From the NCBI GenBank assembly GCA_963702665.1, contig CAVPDP010000016.1, positions 735 through 64,734 of the forward strand: 64,000 nt of DNA, read 5' to 3'. This document shows positions 10,097 to 20,782 of the stretch, piece after piece. The number at the start of each line of letters is the position of its first letter. Within the stretch, counting starts at the first letter, position 1. This stretch comes from an uncultured Chloroflexia bacterium. Its GTDB lineage: Bacteria; Chloroflexota; Ktedonobacteria; Ktedonobacterales; JADMIN01. The translations under genes were made by a program, and so were the position numbers. Below the pieces are notes generated by a model. That model was given only the letters and a program-made list of their open reading frames with translations, was not told where the DNA came from and did no database searches.

Positions 10097-10465
10097 GAGA
10101 CTCCTTCTGTGCGAGAATCAGGGGCGCATCCCAAATGTAGCAGGTGGAGGACGTCCCAGTTCTGGAGAGCCAGGCATACTGGATGTAGGCGCGATAAATA
10201 GCTATTTGCGTTTGCGCCTTATCGCCGGGCTGCACTATTGTAACACACTCGGCAAGATGTAGCTCCAATCAATTGCATTCTACGACTGAGTTCGCTACCT
10301 TACTTTAGTGCGTGCAAAATCGGAATGAGAATATCGGTTACACAGCAGCGTTCTCGACATATGACTGCCGATGCAACCAGGCGGCGTCCACAAACAAACC
10401 AGCCGCCCGCTGGCTGAAGATGGCCAGGAGAGCGGCTGAAATGCGCTAGATTGTGCTGGACTGGA

Positions 10466-11720
10466 CTACCTGACAACCCCGTCGACGCTGCTTGAGTACA
10501 CTGGTAAGAATGAGGTCGAGGTAATCAGGACAACGAGATTAAAAATGCCTGGGCAGACGAACGATACCCCAAAGGTAAAGAATGCCAGGAATATCGTTGC
10601 TAGCCAAAGGCCGCACCAACAATGATCCCGCCAATCAGCAACAAAATGCCGGGTAAGATATATCCAGAGACCATCCAGCCAATGCCGTAGATGCCAAAGA
10701 GGTCGCGGATAACTTCTAGAATGATGGCTAGCGCCGTATTGGGCTGTCTGCTGCTGCTGCACCACGACCACCGGCTGATAGTAGCCCTGCGGTGGCATCG
10801 GCGCTTGATAGCCCTGGGGCGGTAGCGGACCAGATGGCGCGGGGCCGCCAATTGGGCCAGACTGCCACTGCTGTTGCGGCGCCTGTGGCATCGGGGTGGC
10901 GGTCGGCTGGCGCGGCTGGCGGCTGGCTGCATAGCGCGGGCGGCGGCGCGTAGCTCGGAGTGGCGTCGGCTGGCGCGGCTTCGGCTGGCTGCATTGGCGC
11001 GGGCGGATTGGTCGCGCCTGAATCGGCGACAGGTGTATAGGCGGGTGCCATGTCGCTATCGGCGCAACTGGCGGCGCATCGGCTGGCGCGTCAACGCTCG
11101 GCTGCGGCGTCGTCCACCGGCCGCTGGTGATTCTGGCGTCTCCGCTGGCGTATCCTGAATAGGCGCTGTGTCGCTCGCTGATGCGCTATCAGACGACAGC
11201 GACGCGTACGCGGTGGGCGCCTCATACGGCGGGAAAACAGGCGCCGCATAGGTCGCGGTCGTCTCGGTCGCCTCAGAAGCCTCAGTGGGCGCGTCGGGCG
11301 CTACGCTGTCATCGCCGCCTGAGGCGCCTGAAGACGTGTCGCTGCTGATAGGTGTGCTGCTCCAGGCATCATACGGAGTGGCGCCGCGTCGCATCCGCTG
11401 CTGGCGCGTCGGTCCACTGTCGCGCTGCCATCGCTGCTCGGCGCCGCGTCGGACGCTGAATAGCCCGCTGGCGCATCCTGTATGGGGACATTCCACGGGT
11501 CAGACGCAGCGGGTGTGGCCTCGACGGTGGGCTGATCCGCTGGCGCTGGCGGCTGCTCGCCGGCCGCTGGCACGGGAGTCCATGCGTCGGCGATGGGATC
11601 TGTCGCCGCAGATGAGGCGCTGGCCGCCGCGTCATCATTCGCCTGGGGAGCCGCGTCATCAGCGGCCTGATCGTTCGCGGGCGAGTTGGAATCAGGTATT
11701 CGATACTGATCGTCCATCAT
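10466..11720 (-). CDS. Pro/Ala/Gln-rich TM2-like membrane protein, paralog B (several frameshifts)
   Basis: Shares the start (MMDDxYRxPD), leader, C-terminal TM block and trailer with paralog A. Confidence 0.7.
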
Positions 11721-11988
11721 GGGACTCCTTCTGCGCAAGAATCAAGGGCGCATGTCGGATCTTGTCGATGGATAGGCGCCCTTTTATTCTGACAATTCAT
11801 ACCGCACACCGGACATGATTCGTACGTCGCCATACGTATCGGTGTTCCGTTGCCGAGCGGCCTCATTGTAACATACAGAACAATATATACTATTAACCTC
11901 TATAACCCCTTGCGTTTGGCATCAGAGTCCGCTACCCTGCACTATGAAACCACCGCGAGTGTGCGGCCAGCGTGTGAGGAGAATGAGT

Positions 11989-13584
11989 ATGCAGCCCCAG
12001 GCCACCAATATTGTTGTCGCTCATGCGCCTGCCGATGCATCGCTTGCTAGCTATTATGCCATCGCATTACGCACTCAGGGCGCGGGAGCGGCTCCCTATA
12101 GTCCGCCTGCTGGCCAGTCACCGCTGGCCGTCGCCTCCCAGGTGCGCGACTCGCGGGCATTGGTCGTGTTGGTCACAGACCCGGCGCCCACCTGGGCAAG
12201 CTCGCTGGTGACTGGCTACCGTGAACTGCTGGCCGCCGATCGCTGGCGGCGTATGGCGATTGTGCGGCGCGGCGCGGGACAGTTATCGCCAGAGATGCAA
12301 GCGCTACCATGGATCGAAGCGAGCGACAAGCCCGTCGAGGAGGTCGCCGCCGAGATTTTGTCGTTGTTCGCGGGCGCGCCCGCGCCAATTCCCACTGGGG
12401 CGCCTGTTGTGGCGCAGCCGGCCATTCCTGCGGGACCGCCCCGCTGGCCAGCGGCTCAACCAATCGCCCAGCCGCTCGGCGATGGGCTGATGACGCGGCG
12501 GGCGCTGTTGATTGCTGGGCTGGGTGTGGGCGCCATCGGCGCGGTGGCGCTGAGCACGTCGGCGGTGCTTACGCACGGATTCGGCCTGCTCGGCGGTGGC
12601 GGCCCTACGGCTCCCGCTATTGTGCCGCCGCTCCTCTTCACCAGCAGCGGTAATACCCTCTATGCGGTTGACCTGGCGAAGGGCGCATTACGCTGGGGAT
12701 TCGCCGCCGATGCGCCAGTGCGTCCAGCGGAGATCTCTGCCCAGGGTCTGATCTATGCCATTTCAGAGAAGGGCACGATCTACGCGCTCAACACCGCCGA
12801 TGGCAAGCCCCACTGGCAGGCCAGCATCCCCGGCGCGGTGAAGGTGCGGCCAGTGGAAGATGGCGGCCTGATCTATACCGGCTCCGATGACCACAACGTC
12901 TATGCGCTGAACACCAAAGATGGATCGGTGGTGTGGAAGTTTCAGACGGACGATATGGTGGAGGCCAAGCCTACCATCGCCAATGGCGTCGTCTATATTG
13001 GCTCGCAGGATGGCAACGTCTATGCCCTGGGCGCGAGTGATGGCAAACTCGTCTGGAAACACGCGACCGGTGGCCCGGTCAACTCCTCGGCGGCAGTGAG
13101 CAGCGACGCTATCTTCATTGGGTCGGATGACCAGAAAATGCGGAAACTTCGGATCTCTGATGGTCATCTCATCTGGACGTTCACCACAGGAGGCCCCGTC
13201 TCATCGTCGCCTGCGCTCACCAGTGATATGGTGTTTTTTGGCTCGCAGGATGGCGGTGTCTATGCGGTTCCGGTTGGTGGCGCCAGTCACGCGACCTGGC
13301 GTTTCCGCACGAATGGGGCCGTCTTCTCGTCGCCGGTGATCGATAACGGCGTCATCTACATCGGGTCGAGCGACCACAATGTCTATGCCCTGGGCACGGA
13401 TGGCAACCAGCACTGGAGCTTCAAGACCGGCGACGCGGTCAATGGACGTTTCGCCGTCGCCAATGGCGTGGTCTACGCCGCCAGCGATAAGCTCTATGCG
13501 CTCGACGCCGCAAAGGGGACAGCAGCGTGGAGCTTCACCGCCGAGAGCAAAACCGGCTACTTTTCGCCCGGAATCACCCAGTGA
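11989..13584 (+). CDS. Degenerate TIR-like domain + TM + PQQ-like beta-propeller protein
   Basis: Repeated VYIGSxDxxVYAL...G...W blades; TRRALL followed by a TM helix; N-terminal IVVAHAPAD fold resembling TIR_2. Confidence 0.85.
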   Translation: MQPQATNIVVAHAPADASLASYYAIALRTQGAGAAPYSPPAGQSPLAVASQVRDSRALVVLVTDPAPTWASSLVTGYRELLAADRWRRMAIVRRGAGQLSPEMQALPWIEASDKPVEEVAAEILSLFAGAPAPIPTGAPVVAQPAIPAGPPRWPAAQPIAQPLGDGLMTRRALLIAGLGVGAIGAVALSTSAVLTHGFGLLGGGGPTAPAIVPPLLFTSSGNTLYAVDLAKGALRWGFAADAPVRPAEISAQGLIYAISEKGTIYALNTADGKPHWQASIPGAVKVRPVEDGGLIYTGSDDHNVYALNTKDGSVVWKFQTDDMVEAKPTIANGVVYIGSQDGNVYALGASDGKLVWKHATGGPVNSSAAVSSDAIFIGSDDQKMRKLRISDGHLIWTFTTGGPVSSSPALTSDMVFFGSQDGGVYAVPVGGASHATWRFRTNGAVFSSPVIDNGVIYIGSSDHNVYALGTDGNQHWSFKTGDAVNGRFAVANGVVYAASDKLYALDAAKGTAAWSFTAESKTGYFSPGITQ

Positions 13585-13625
13585 TCGGCTATCCGCCTCG
13601 GTTGTTAGCATATAAGCGTGACAGA

Positions 13626-13662
13626 CCTCACCCCCAACCCCTCTCCGCGGGAGAGGGGAGCC
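13626..13662. repeat. REP family 2
   Basis: CCTCACCCCCAACCCCTCTCC-GCG-GGAGAGGGGAGCC hairpin; recurs at about 26.5k, 57.1k, 60.2k and 63.7k. Confidence 0.75.
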
Positions 13663-14270
13663 AGATGTTACTGCCTCTGTTGCCGACGCTGACGTCTGCC
13701 ACGGGCCCGCCGCACTCTGTGGCGGGAGCTTTGGCTGGCCGACAGGCTTCGGGAGAGGCTAGCGCGCCGCGATGATCCGGTCAGCAAAGTTAGCTCCGGC
13801 ATGCCGCGGCAGTGTACCTCAAAACCACATCAGCCCCAACTTAGGCAGGTGACATCAGCACATGTAGCCAACGCATGCCCTGATTCGTCTGTGCATCTAA
13901 GACGGGAATATCATTCCGCATTAATCGAGCCCTGAACAATATATCCCCATATGCTTCCCGCCATATGGTGTATCTGTATTTCATCCTGTTTCACGTTGCA
14001 ATTTGCGCGCACGATGCGCCCACTCGATACTGCTACCACCCCAGCGACGTCACTATATCAACCACGTATCGGTCACATATCGGTCAGATAACCGGCGATC
14101 AACACCTATCGGCCAGCCTTCATGCCATGCCGCCTGAGGCGTCCGCGCAGGCTGTTTTCGAGATGTTCCACCAGGACTACGTTCGGTTTTCGTGCGTGCT
14201 CGCGGCCCGCAGTGTATAGCTACTATGTGCCTCTCAGGGCACACGCAATCATGTAATGAGGTAGGAAACG

Positions 14271-15707
14271 ATGCGACAGATTCTTCACCAGGCGCCAGCT
14301 GCGGCGAATTTTAGCCGCTCCGGTGTGGCGCTTCAGCCGGACGCGAATGCGCCCGCAAATGCGTATGAGCGCGCCGAGTCGTGGGGAAAGTCGTGGCCAG
14401 AAGAGCCGCGCCCATCGGCGTCCGGAGCGGTGATGGCATGGTGGTCGGCCACCGATGAGGGCTATACACTCCTGCAACGGCTGGCGCTGGCGCATCTGCT
14501 CGTGGGCGTCTGTGTCGCGTTGGGGCTTGGCTGGCGGATTTTGAGCGCATCCGGCCAGGCTAGCCAGGCGCTGACCCCAGCGATTGGGCTGCTCGTAGCG
14601 GTCGGTGGCGCGCTGGCGCTGCTGCTGGTGCGGCTCGAGTATCCCGCCGCGCCCTTGCTCGCGCGTCTGGCGCTGGTCGCCGTTGACCTGAGCGCCGCTG
14701 GTGGTATACTCTGGTTACGCGGAGGCGAGGGCTGGACCCTTCTGATTCTCCTGCCTCCCATAGCGCTGGCGGTCGCGTTCTTTGCCGAGCGAGGTGGCGC
14801 CCTGGCAACGCTGCTCGCCGCGCTGATGATTGTCGCGGTCAACGCCTCGGCAGGGGCATCGACAGCAGGATGGATGCCCTCGCTCCTGGTTTTTCTCGGT
14901 GTCGCGGCATTAATCGTTGCTTTCCTGGGCATCTATAGCGCGCAGATCACTGAAACTAGCGCTAATCTGCGCTGGCTGCTCGCCGATGCGCAGGCGATCA
15001 ATGAGCGTCTGCACACCGAGCGCCAATCGTTGCTGGTCAGGCTGAGTTCCGCCGAACAGGCGCGAGAACCATTGCTCCGTGAGCGCGCGCAACTCGGCGC
15101 CATCGCCGCCGAACTGGCGCTCATGACACAGCGCATGGCCCAGGGCGACCCATCCGCTACCCAGGCGTTGCAGTCACTGCATCCAGGCGCATGTGGGCCG
15201 CTGGCGGAACTGGCAAGCGCGCTGACACGTCTAGCGCATGCGCCTGTTGGGAGCTGGCAGCCGTCGGCCATGACAACGCTCGATAGCCCTCTGCGCGCGC
15301 AGGGTCAGGCGCTCGAATCGCTCGACCTGATGGCCCGATCACTCTGCGTTGGCGCCAATGAGCTGGTGATGGAGGCGCAGACGCTGGAGCCTGGTGTCAG
15401 CCTCATCGGCTCAGGGCAATACACCCAGGCGCTCTGGCAGTTGGAGGAGCATCTACGGGGGCAGGCCGCGCGCATGGCGCTACTGGGCACGCAACTTGCC
15501 GATATCAGAACCTCGCAGGAGAATGTGGAGGCATTGCTGGTGCGGACAGCGGCTGGCGCAAAGACGCCAACCATCTTTGCCAACAGCGACATTCGCGATA
15601 TCCGATCCGTCAGCCAGTATTCTGGCCCGCAGGTCACCTTCGGCTCATCCGCCATCCGGCGCGCGGCCCAGCAGAGTCAGCAGAGTCAGCAGAGGTCAGC
15701 AAGGTGA
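14271..15707 (+). CDS. Multi-TM membrane protein with helical cytoplasmic tail
   Basis: About 6 TM segments followed by a Leu/Ala/Gln-rich coiled-coil-like region. Confidence 0.7.
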   Translation: MRQILHQAPAAANFSRSGVALQPDANAPANAYERAESWGKSWPEEPRPSASGAVMAWWSATDEGYTLLQRLALAHLLVGVCVALGLGWRILSASGQASQALTPAIGLLVAVGGALALLLVRLEYPAAPLLARLALVAVDLSAAGGILWLRGGEGWTLLILLPPIALAVAFFAERGGALATLLAALMIVAVNASAGASTAGWMPSLLVFLGVAALIVAFLGIYSAQITETSANLRWLLADAQAINERLHTERQSLLVRLSSAEQAREPLLRERAQLGAIAAELALMTQRMAQGDPSATQALQSLHPGACGPLAELASALTRLAHAPVGSWQPSAMTTLDSPLRAQGQALESLDLMARSLCVGANELVMEAQTLEPGVSLIGSGQYTQALWQLEEHLRGQAARMALLGTQLADIRTSQENVEALLVRTAAGAKTPTIFANSDIRDIRSVSQYSGPQVTFGSSAIRRAAQQSQQSQQRSAR

Positions 15708-16561
15708 CAATGGGACTGTTCGGTGGGGAAACTGGCAAAACCAGTCGCTATTGGCGTACAATAGGGGAGTCTGATATATATTCTACGCATGACGCTCTGA
15801 TATGAGCGCATCCCGGGAGCCAGTGGCTCCCCAGCCGGGGATAGTGTGAAGCTCTGGCGCGCGATCTGCCCGTCTCGCGCGAGCCTGTTCCTCCCGCTGA
15901 ACTATTGTGCATTTTGTGCATTCGCGCTCACGACTATGCCACCTGACTGGCATCGACGCGCACCCACCGCCGCAGGTAGCTCGTTGCGCTGTGAGTACAC
16001 GCGTAACATGTTTCGCTGGCTCTACCAGTTCTCATGTGGGGATATGCATGCTGGTAGCCGTCCAGGAGCGCGTGAACAGGTGAAAATTTGCGATTTGTCG
16101 CTGGCATATCGCCCGGCTCTCTGTTCCGGCTGCGTTCCTCCGTGCATGACATTGACGACACGGATACCTGCCACGGATACCTGATTCAGGCTCAATCGGC
16201 CTATATCGGCCTCAATCGGCGCTGCCGAGTTCGTGCGGAGGCCAGAATTCGCCGGTTGCGCGATGTATTGAGAGCGTCGCCTTGACCATTTGCCCCTCCG
16301 TTGCGCCCGTGCGCCGGACGTTGGAAACGTGTTCTGACATTCAAAAACATGCTGCTTCGCACTTTTAAAGGGAACAGGGATCAAAGATTCCACGATTGGC
16401 GCACTGGATTCTGCTTCGCGGGAAGTTTCGCGGAAGCGCTGGTGTCGCGTTTGAAATGACAATTGTCTAGCTTAACATGCCCAGATGTTCGGAGATATCA
16501 GAGTGAGTGTGGGAGAAATCCCCCTCGCGTTGATGATTGCTCCATCGCTCAGGAGGCCTTT

Positions 16562-19038
16562 GTGCCAGAAGATCAGGAAACTCTTACACCCACGCGTCGC
16601 CGAACCCGGCGCCAGGATGCCGCTGCGGCGAATGATTCGACAGCGGTGAATACCACACAGGACAGGGGATGACGCCACTGCGTCGGCTGATGCCCCGAAA
16701 CGCCGCCGTTCCACACGCGCCGCTGCCAGCGAGCAGCCAGAGCTTCCCGGCGAGATGTCTGGGGAGTCTGCGCCACCCACCGCGACGGCAAAGCCACGCC
16801 GAACCCGCGCCGCGACCGCCGCGACTGCCGCCGCCAGTGACGCCGTCGTGAGCGATGATGCGCCCGCGCCGAAGCGCCGCGCCAGCCGGTCGCCGGCCGC
16901 CGAAAATGGCGCGTCGGACGAGCCACGTGAGCATACGGCGCCAACCTATACCACGAGCGCGTCTGATGCCTCAAATGGGTCTGAGGCGTTTGATACCGAT
17001 GGTACAGATGCCGCCGCATCGTCCACACGCCGTGTACGTGTGCCGCGAGTGCGTCATGTGCGCGGTGAGCAGGGTGAGCATACCGGAAGCGTCAATGACA
17101 CAACCGGCGTGGCAGCGGACACATCCGCCGCAGGGGCAGCGCCCGCGCTCGATGTGGAACAGACACCGCCTCGCCGTGGATTCACCGTCTGGGTCAACCA
17201 GGAGCAGCGCCCCGGTGAGCGCAGCGCCGAGACGCCCAGTGGAGCGCCGCGCCAGCCACAGCGCCCGCATCAGAATCCGCCGACGCGCGGTGGCCAGGGT
17301 CAGGGGAGCGCGCCCTATCGCCCGGAGTGGGAGTCGCGGAGCGCCACAGCAACGGCCACCAGCGCCGGGACGCGAGCCGGGACGCGAGCAGCAGCAGCAG
17401 CGCCATCCCGGTGGCGAAGGCCAGCAGCAGTATCCCTCGCAGCATCCGCCACAGAATCCGTATCAGCCCTACGCGCCGTATGGCCAGCAGGGTCAGCAGG
17501 GTCAGCAGGGTCAGCAGGGCCAATATGGCGGCAATGGCAACCGCTCGCAAGACCAGCGTGGGCCAGTGCGCGGCGGTCGCCCCTATGGCTACCCACCGTA
17601 TAGCGATCAGCAGGGCGGCCAGCAGGGCGGTCGTGGTTACACTGACCAACGCGATCCGCGCGCGCCTCGTGATCGTCGTCCACCCGCGTCGCCCGCGTCG
17701 TATGCCGAGCAGGCCGAGCGTGGCGGGCCGCTGAATAGCCGCCGCAACCTGGGCAACCAGGGCGTTCGTCGTGGCGTGCCAGATACGCGTGGCGGGCGTC
17801 CGTCGCGTGATGGAAACTCGATGTACACCCATGCGCCCGTGCCCGCAGCCCCCGAGAGCCGCTATGGCTACGGGCAGCGCCAGCCTGCGCCCGCGATTCC
17901 CGCGCGGACGGTAGAGGTGAATGGCCTGCTCTGGCTGGGTGGCGGCCAGGGGATGTCGCCCGCCGAATTGCTGGATGCCCGCAACCTGACCGGGGTCGCC
18001 CGGGTCAATCCTGAGGATGTGCGCCGGTATGGGCTGCGTTCGGGCGATTTGGTCAGCGGCATGGCCGAGGAGCGCGGTGGCCGCCGTCAGGTCGTCCACA
18101 TCGAGCGGGTCAACGACGCCGAGCCAGAAAGCCAGCGCGACCGCCCACTCTTCGAGCAGTTGACGGCCACCTTCCCCGAGCGGCGTATCCGCCTGGAGCA
18201 GGGGTCGCATCCGCCCGTCTCGACCCGGCTGATCGATCTGTTCGCGCCGCTTGGCTTTGGCTCGCGCGCGCTGGTCGTCGCCCCGCCAAAGACGGGTAAG
18301 ACGACGCTGATCCGCGAGGCCGCCGAGGCGGTGCTGACGGGCTATCCCGATGCCGTCGTGATGGCGGTGCTCGTCGGTGAGCGCCCCGAAGAGGTCACTG
18401 ATCTACGCGCCCGGCTAGAGCCACGTGGCGGACTGGTCTACGCGGCCAGCTTCGACGAAGAGACCGAGCGCCATGCCTGGCTGGTTCAGGTGGCGGTCGA
18501 GCATGCGAAGCGGGTTGCCGAGTCCGGGCGCGACGCCTTCATGGTGCTCGACTCGCTGACACGCCTGGCGCGCGCCGAGAATCTGGCGTCACGAGGCGCC
18601 GGACGCACGCTCTCTGGCGGTATCGACGCCCAGGCGCTGGATACCGGACGGCGCGCATTTGGCGCGGCCCGCAACCTGGATGAGGGTGGCAGCCTGACGA
18701 TTCTGGCGACCTGTCTGGTGGATACCGGCAGCCGCCAGGACGACGTGGTCTACGAGGAGTTCAAGGGTACCGGCAACATGGAGCTGCACCTCTCACGCGA
18801 ACTCTCGCAGCGGCGGCTCTTCCCGGCGGTCGATGTCATCAAATCGAGCACACGCCGCGAGGAAATGTTGCTGACACCTGAGGAACTGCGCGCGACGACG
18901 GCCCTCCGCCGCCGACTGGCCGATGTGCCGCCCGCCCAGGCGACCCAGCAGCTGCTCAACGTGCTGGAGCGCACGCCATCCAACGCGGCGCTGCTTCAGG
19001 CGCTGGAGCAGAGCGGCTGGCTCACCAGCACGCGGTAG
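16562..19038 (+). CDS. rho: Transcription termination factor Rho-like ATPase with long disordered N-terminus (frameshifts near 16668 and 17340)
   Basis: [51 protein letters not shown] and STRREE; AGGAGG RBS before GTG at 16562. Confidence 0.88.
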
Positions 19039-19074
19039 CGTGACAGCGCCTCCAATGCGTTTCTTCCGTTTCTC

Positions 19075-19112
19075 ATGGCCTCCCATCACATACGGTGGGG
19101 GGCCATTTGTTA
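19075..19112 (+). terminator. Hairpin terminator after rho
   Basis: ATGGCCTCCCA...TGGGGGGCCAT followed by TTGTT. Confidence 0.6.
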
Positions 19113-19250
19113 TGGGCGATTCGAGGGTGAGTGGCGCCATCTCCGATTGAGATATTGGCCTCTACTTGCGAATATTGGGTGTATGTATTACTATTAATGG
19201 CGTGAGCGTCACCACCAGCGCCACCAATGGTATTTGGAAGGTAGGGCAAC

Positions 19251-19469
19251 ATGGCAGACGGGGAAAAGATCACCCTGCAAGAAGCGTTTCTGCGCTATCG
19301 CGTGCCGATAGCGACACTGCGCTACTGGCTCGACAAGCGAGAACTGACGCGGGACTATGACAGAAAGCGCCGAGTAGTTGTGGATGTTGCTGAGTTAGAG
19401 CAGCGGCTAGAACAGCAACGGCGGGATCGAGAAATCGGCCCAAAAATTGACCCCGGCGCCGCCGCATAG
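19251..19469 (+). CDS. Small HTH DNA-binding protein (MerR/excisionase-like)
   Basis: ITLQEA...VPIATLRYW pattern. Confidence 0.7.
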   Translation: MADGEKITLQEAFLRYRVPIATLRYWLDKRELTRDYDRKRRVVVDVAELEQRLEQQRRDREIGPKIDPGAAA

Positions 19470-19548
19470 CAGAAGCCGGGGATAGACTGCAATCCACGTT
19501 CATGGCGCGCAGTCAAGATGATTGTACACGATGGGTTGGATGCAAGAC

Positions 19549-19667
19549 ACACCCCCTTCGAGAAAGCCAGGAAACATGGGCGTTGCGCGTGTTACACAAA
19601 GGGGTGTTTACCCACTCCTTTGAAAAGCCGGGAATCATGAGGTGTTGCGCGTGTTACACAAAGGGGT
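19549..19667. repeat. Two tandem ~55-bp units with imperfect terminal inverted repeats
   Basis: GTTGCGCGTGTTACACAAAGGGGT is identical at 19582-19605 and 19644-19667. Confidence 0.85.
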
Positions 19668-19704
19668 AGATTTGAAAGCTACTCCCTTAAGGAAGCGAGA
19701 CAAC

Positions 19705-20586
19705 ATGGGCATTGATGGCAAGCAATCGGAGCAAATCGTCGGTACACTTGTCCCTATCGAGCAGGATACTGTGCCATTCTACGGCCACGATCTAATAGCT
19801 GTCAGGCTGCCAGATGGGCGGATCGCTGCTGTACTGCGCTGGCTCTGCGAGGGGCTAAATCTTGGCGTTCAGTCCCAGATGCGCCACATCCAAGGGCGGA
19901 CAGCGCTGGCCGAGGGGCTGGTATCCGTGCGTGTAGACACCGCTGGTGGCCTGCAGACATGCCGGCGCTAACCCTCGATGTATTGCCGGGCTGGCTCTTC
20001 TCTATAGATGAGCGACCGCGTCAAAGAAGAAGCGCGCGCTGATGTAGTGCTGTTTCAGCGCGAATGCGTGAAGGCGCTGGCCGATTACTTCACTCGCAAG
20101 CATCCGCCTGCTCTCCCGGCGCTGGCCGACACCACGGCGGCAACGATCATCATAGAGCAGATCACCGATTTAACGGGCGTCATCAACCTGCTACGCGAAC
20201 ACCTGGAGGCATTGCTCGTATTGCCTGGCCAGGTGGCCGACCTCTCCGTACAGGTGGGCGAGACGCGGGTGCTCGTCGAGGCGCTGGCGACACGCCAGGA
20301 CAGCACAGAGACGCGCCTGGAGGCGGTAGACGAACGCACCCAGCGCCTGACCCCGACGCATACGCGGGCGGCGCAGGAGATGGTAGACCGCATGGTACGC
20401 GAGACGAGGAAGCTCCCGGCGCCCCTCACCTACGCGATCATCTATGGGCGGCTCAAGCATCGCTTCCGCGTCGGCAGCTACAAAGAAGTTCCCGATGATC
20501 GCTTTGACGAGTTGGTGGCATACCTTCGCGACGAACTGCGCCGCGCAACCAGTGGGGAAGCGCCTGAGCAGGAGAATCTGTTCTGA
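19705..20586 (+). CDS. Phage antirepressor N-terminal (P22_AR_N-like) + ORF6C domain protein (frameshifts near 19960-20010)
   Basis: TVPFYGHDLIAV...LRWLCEGLNL and LPGWLFSI; C-terminal IYGRLKHRFRVGSYKEVPDDRFDE. Confidence 0.8.
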
Positions 20587-20657
20587 TTGAGACCGCCTCG
20601 TGGCGGGCGCAATGGGTCGAGCGTATCCAATAGCAATCCGACGCCATGTCATCGTAG

Positions 20658-20698
20658 TGGCCTCCCATCATGATCGGCGGGGGGTTATTTTTGTGGGC
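20658..20698 (+). terminator. Hairpin terminator, a degenerate copy of the rho terminator
   Basis: TGGCCTCCCATCA...CGGCGGGGGGTTATTTTT. Confidence 0.6.
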
Positions 20699-20782
20699 TG
20701 GCGCACACGTGAGGCATACATCGCGCATGTGTTGGGCCGATATGGCATACTATGCGGGGAGAATCGTCACGCGAGGAGGACT

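Noticed and set aside
9181-11720. DGR template/variable repeat pair
   Set aside because: No reverse transcriptase, differences are not adenine-specific, and both copies look like genes
15780-16560. Small ORFs or structured leader upstream of rho
   Set aside because: The ORFs lack convincing RBSs or motifs, and no recognisable RNA structure can be supported by eye
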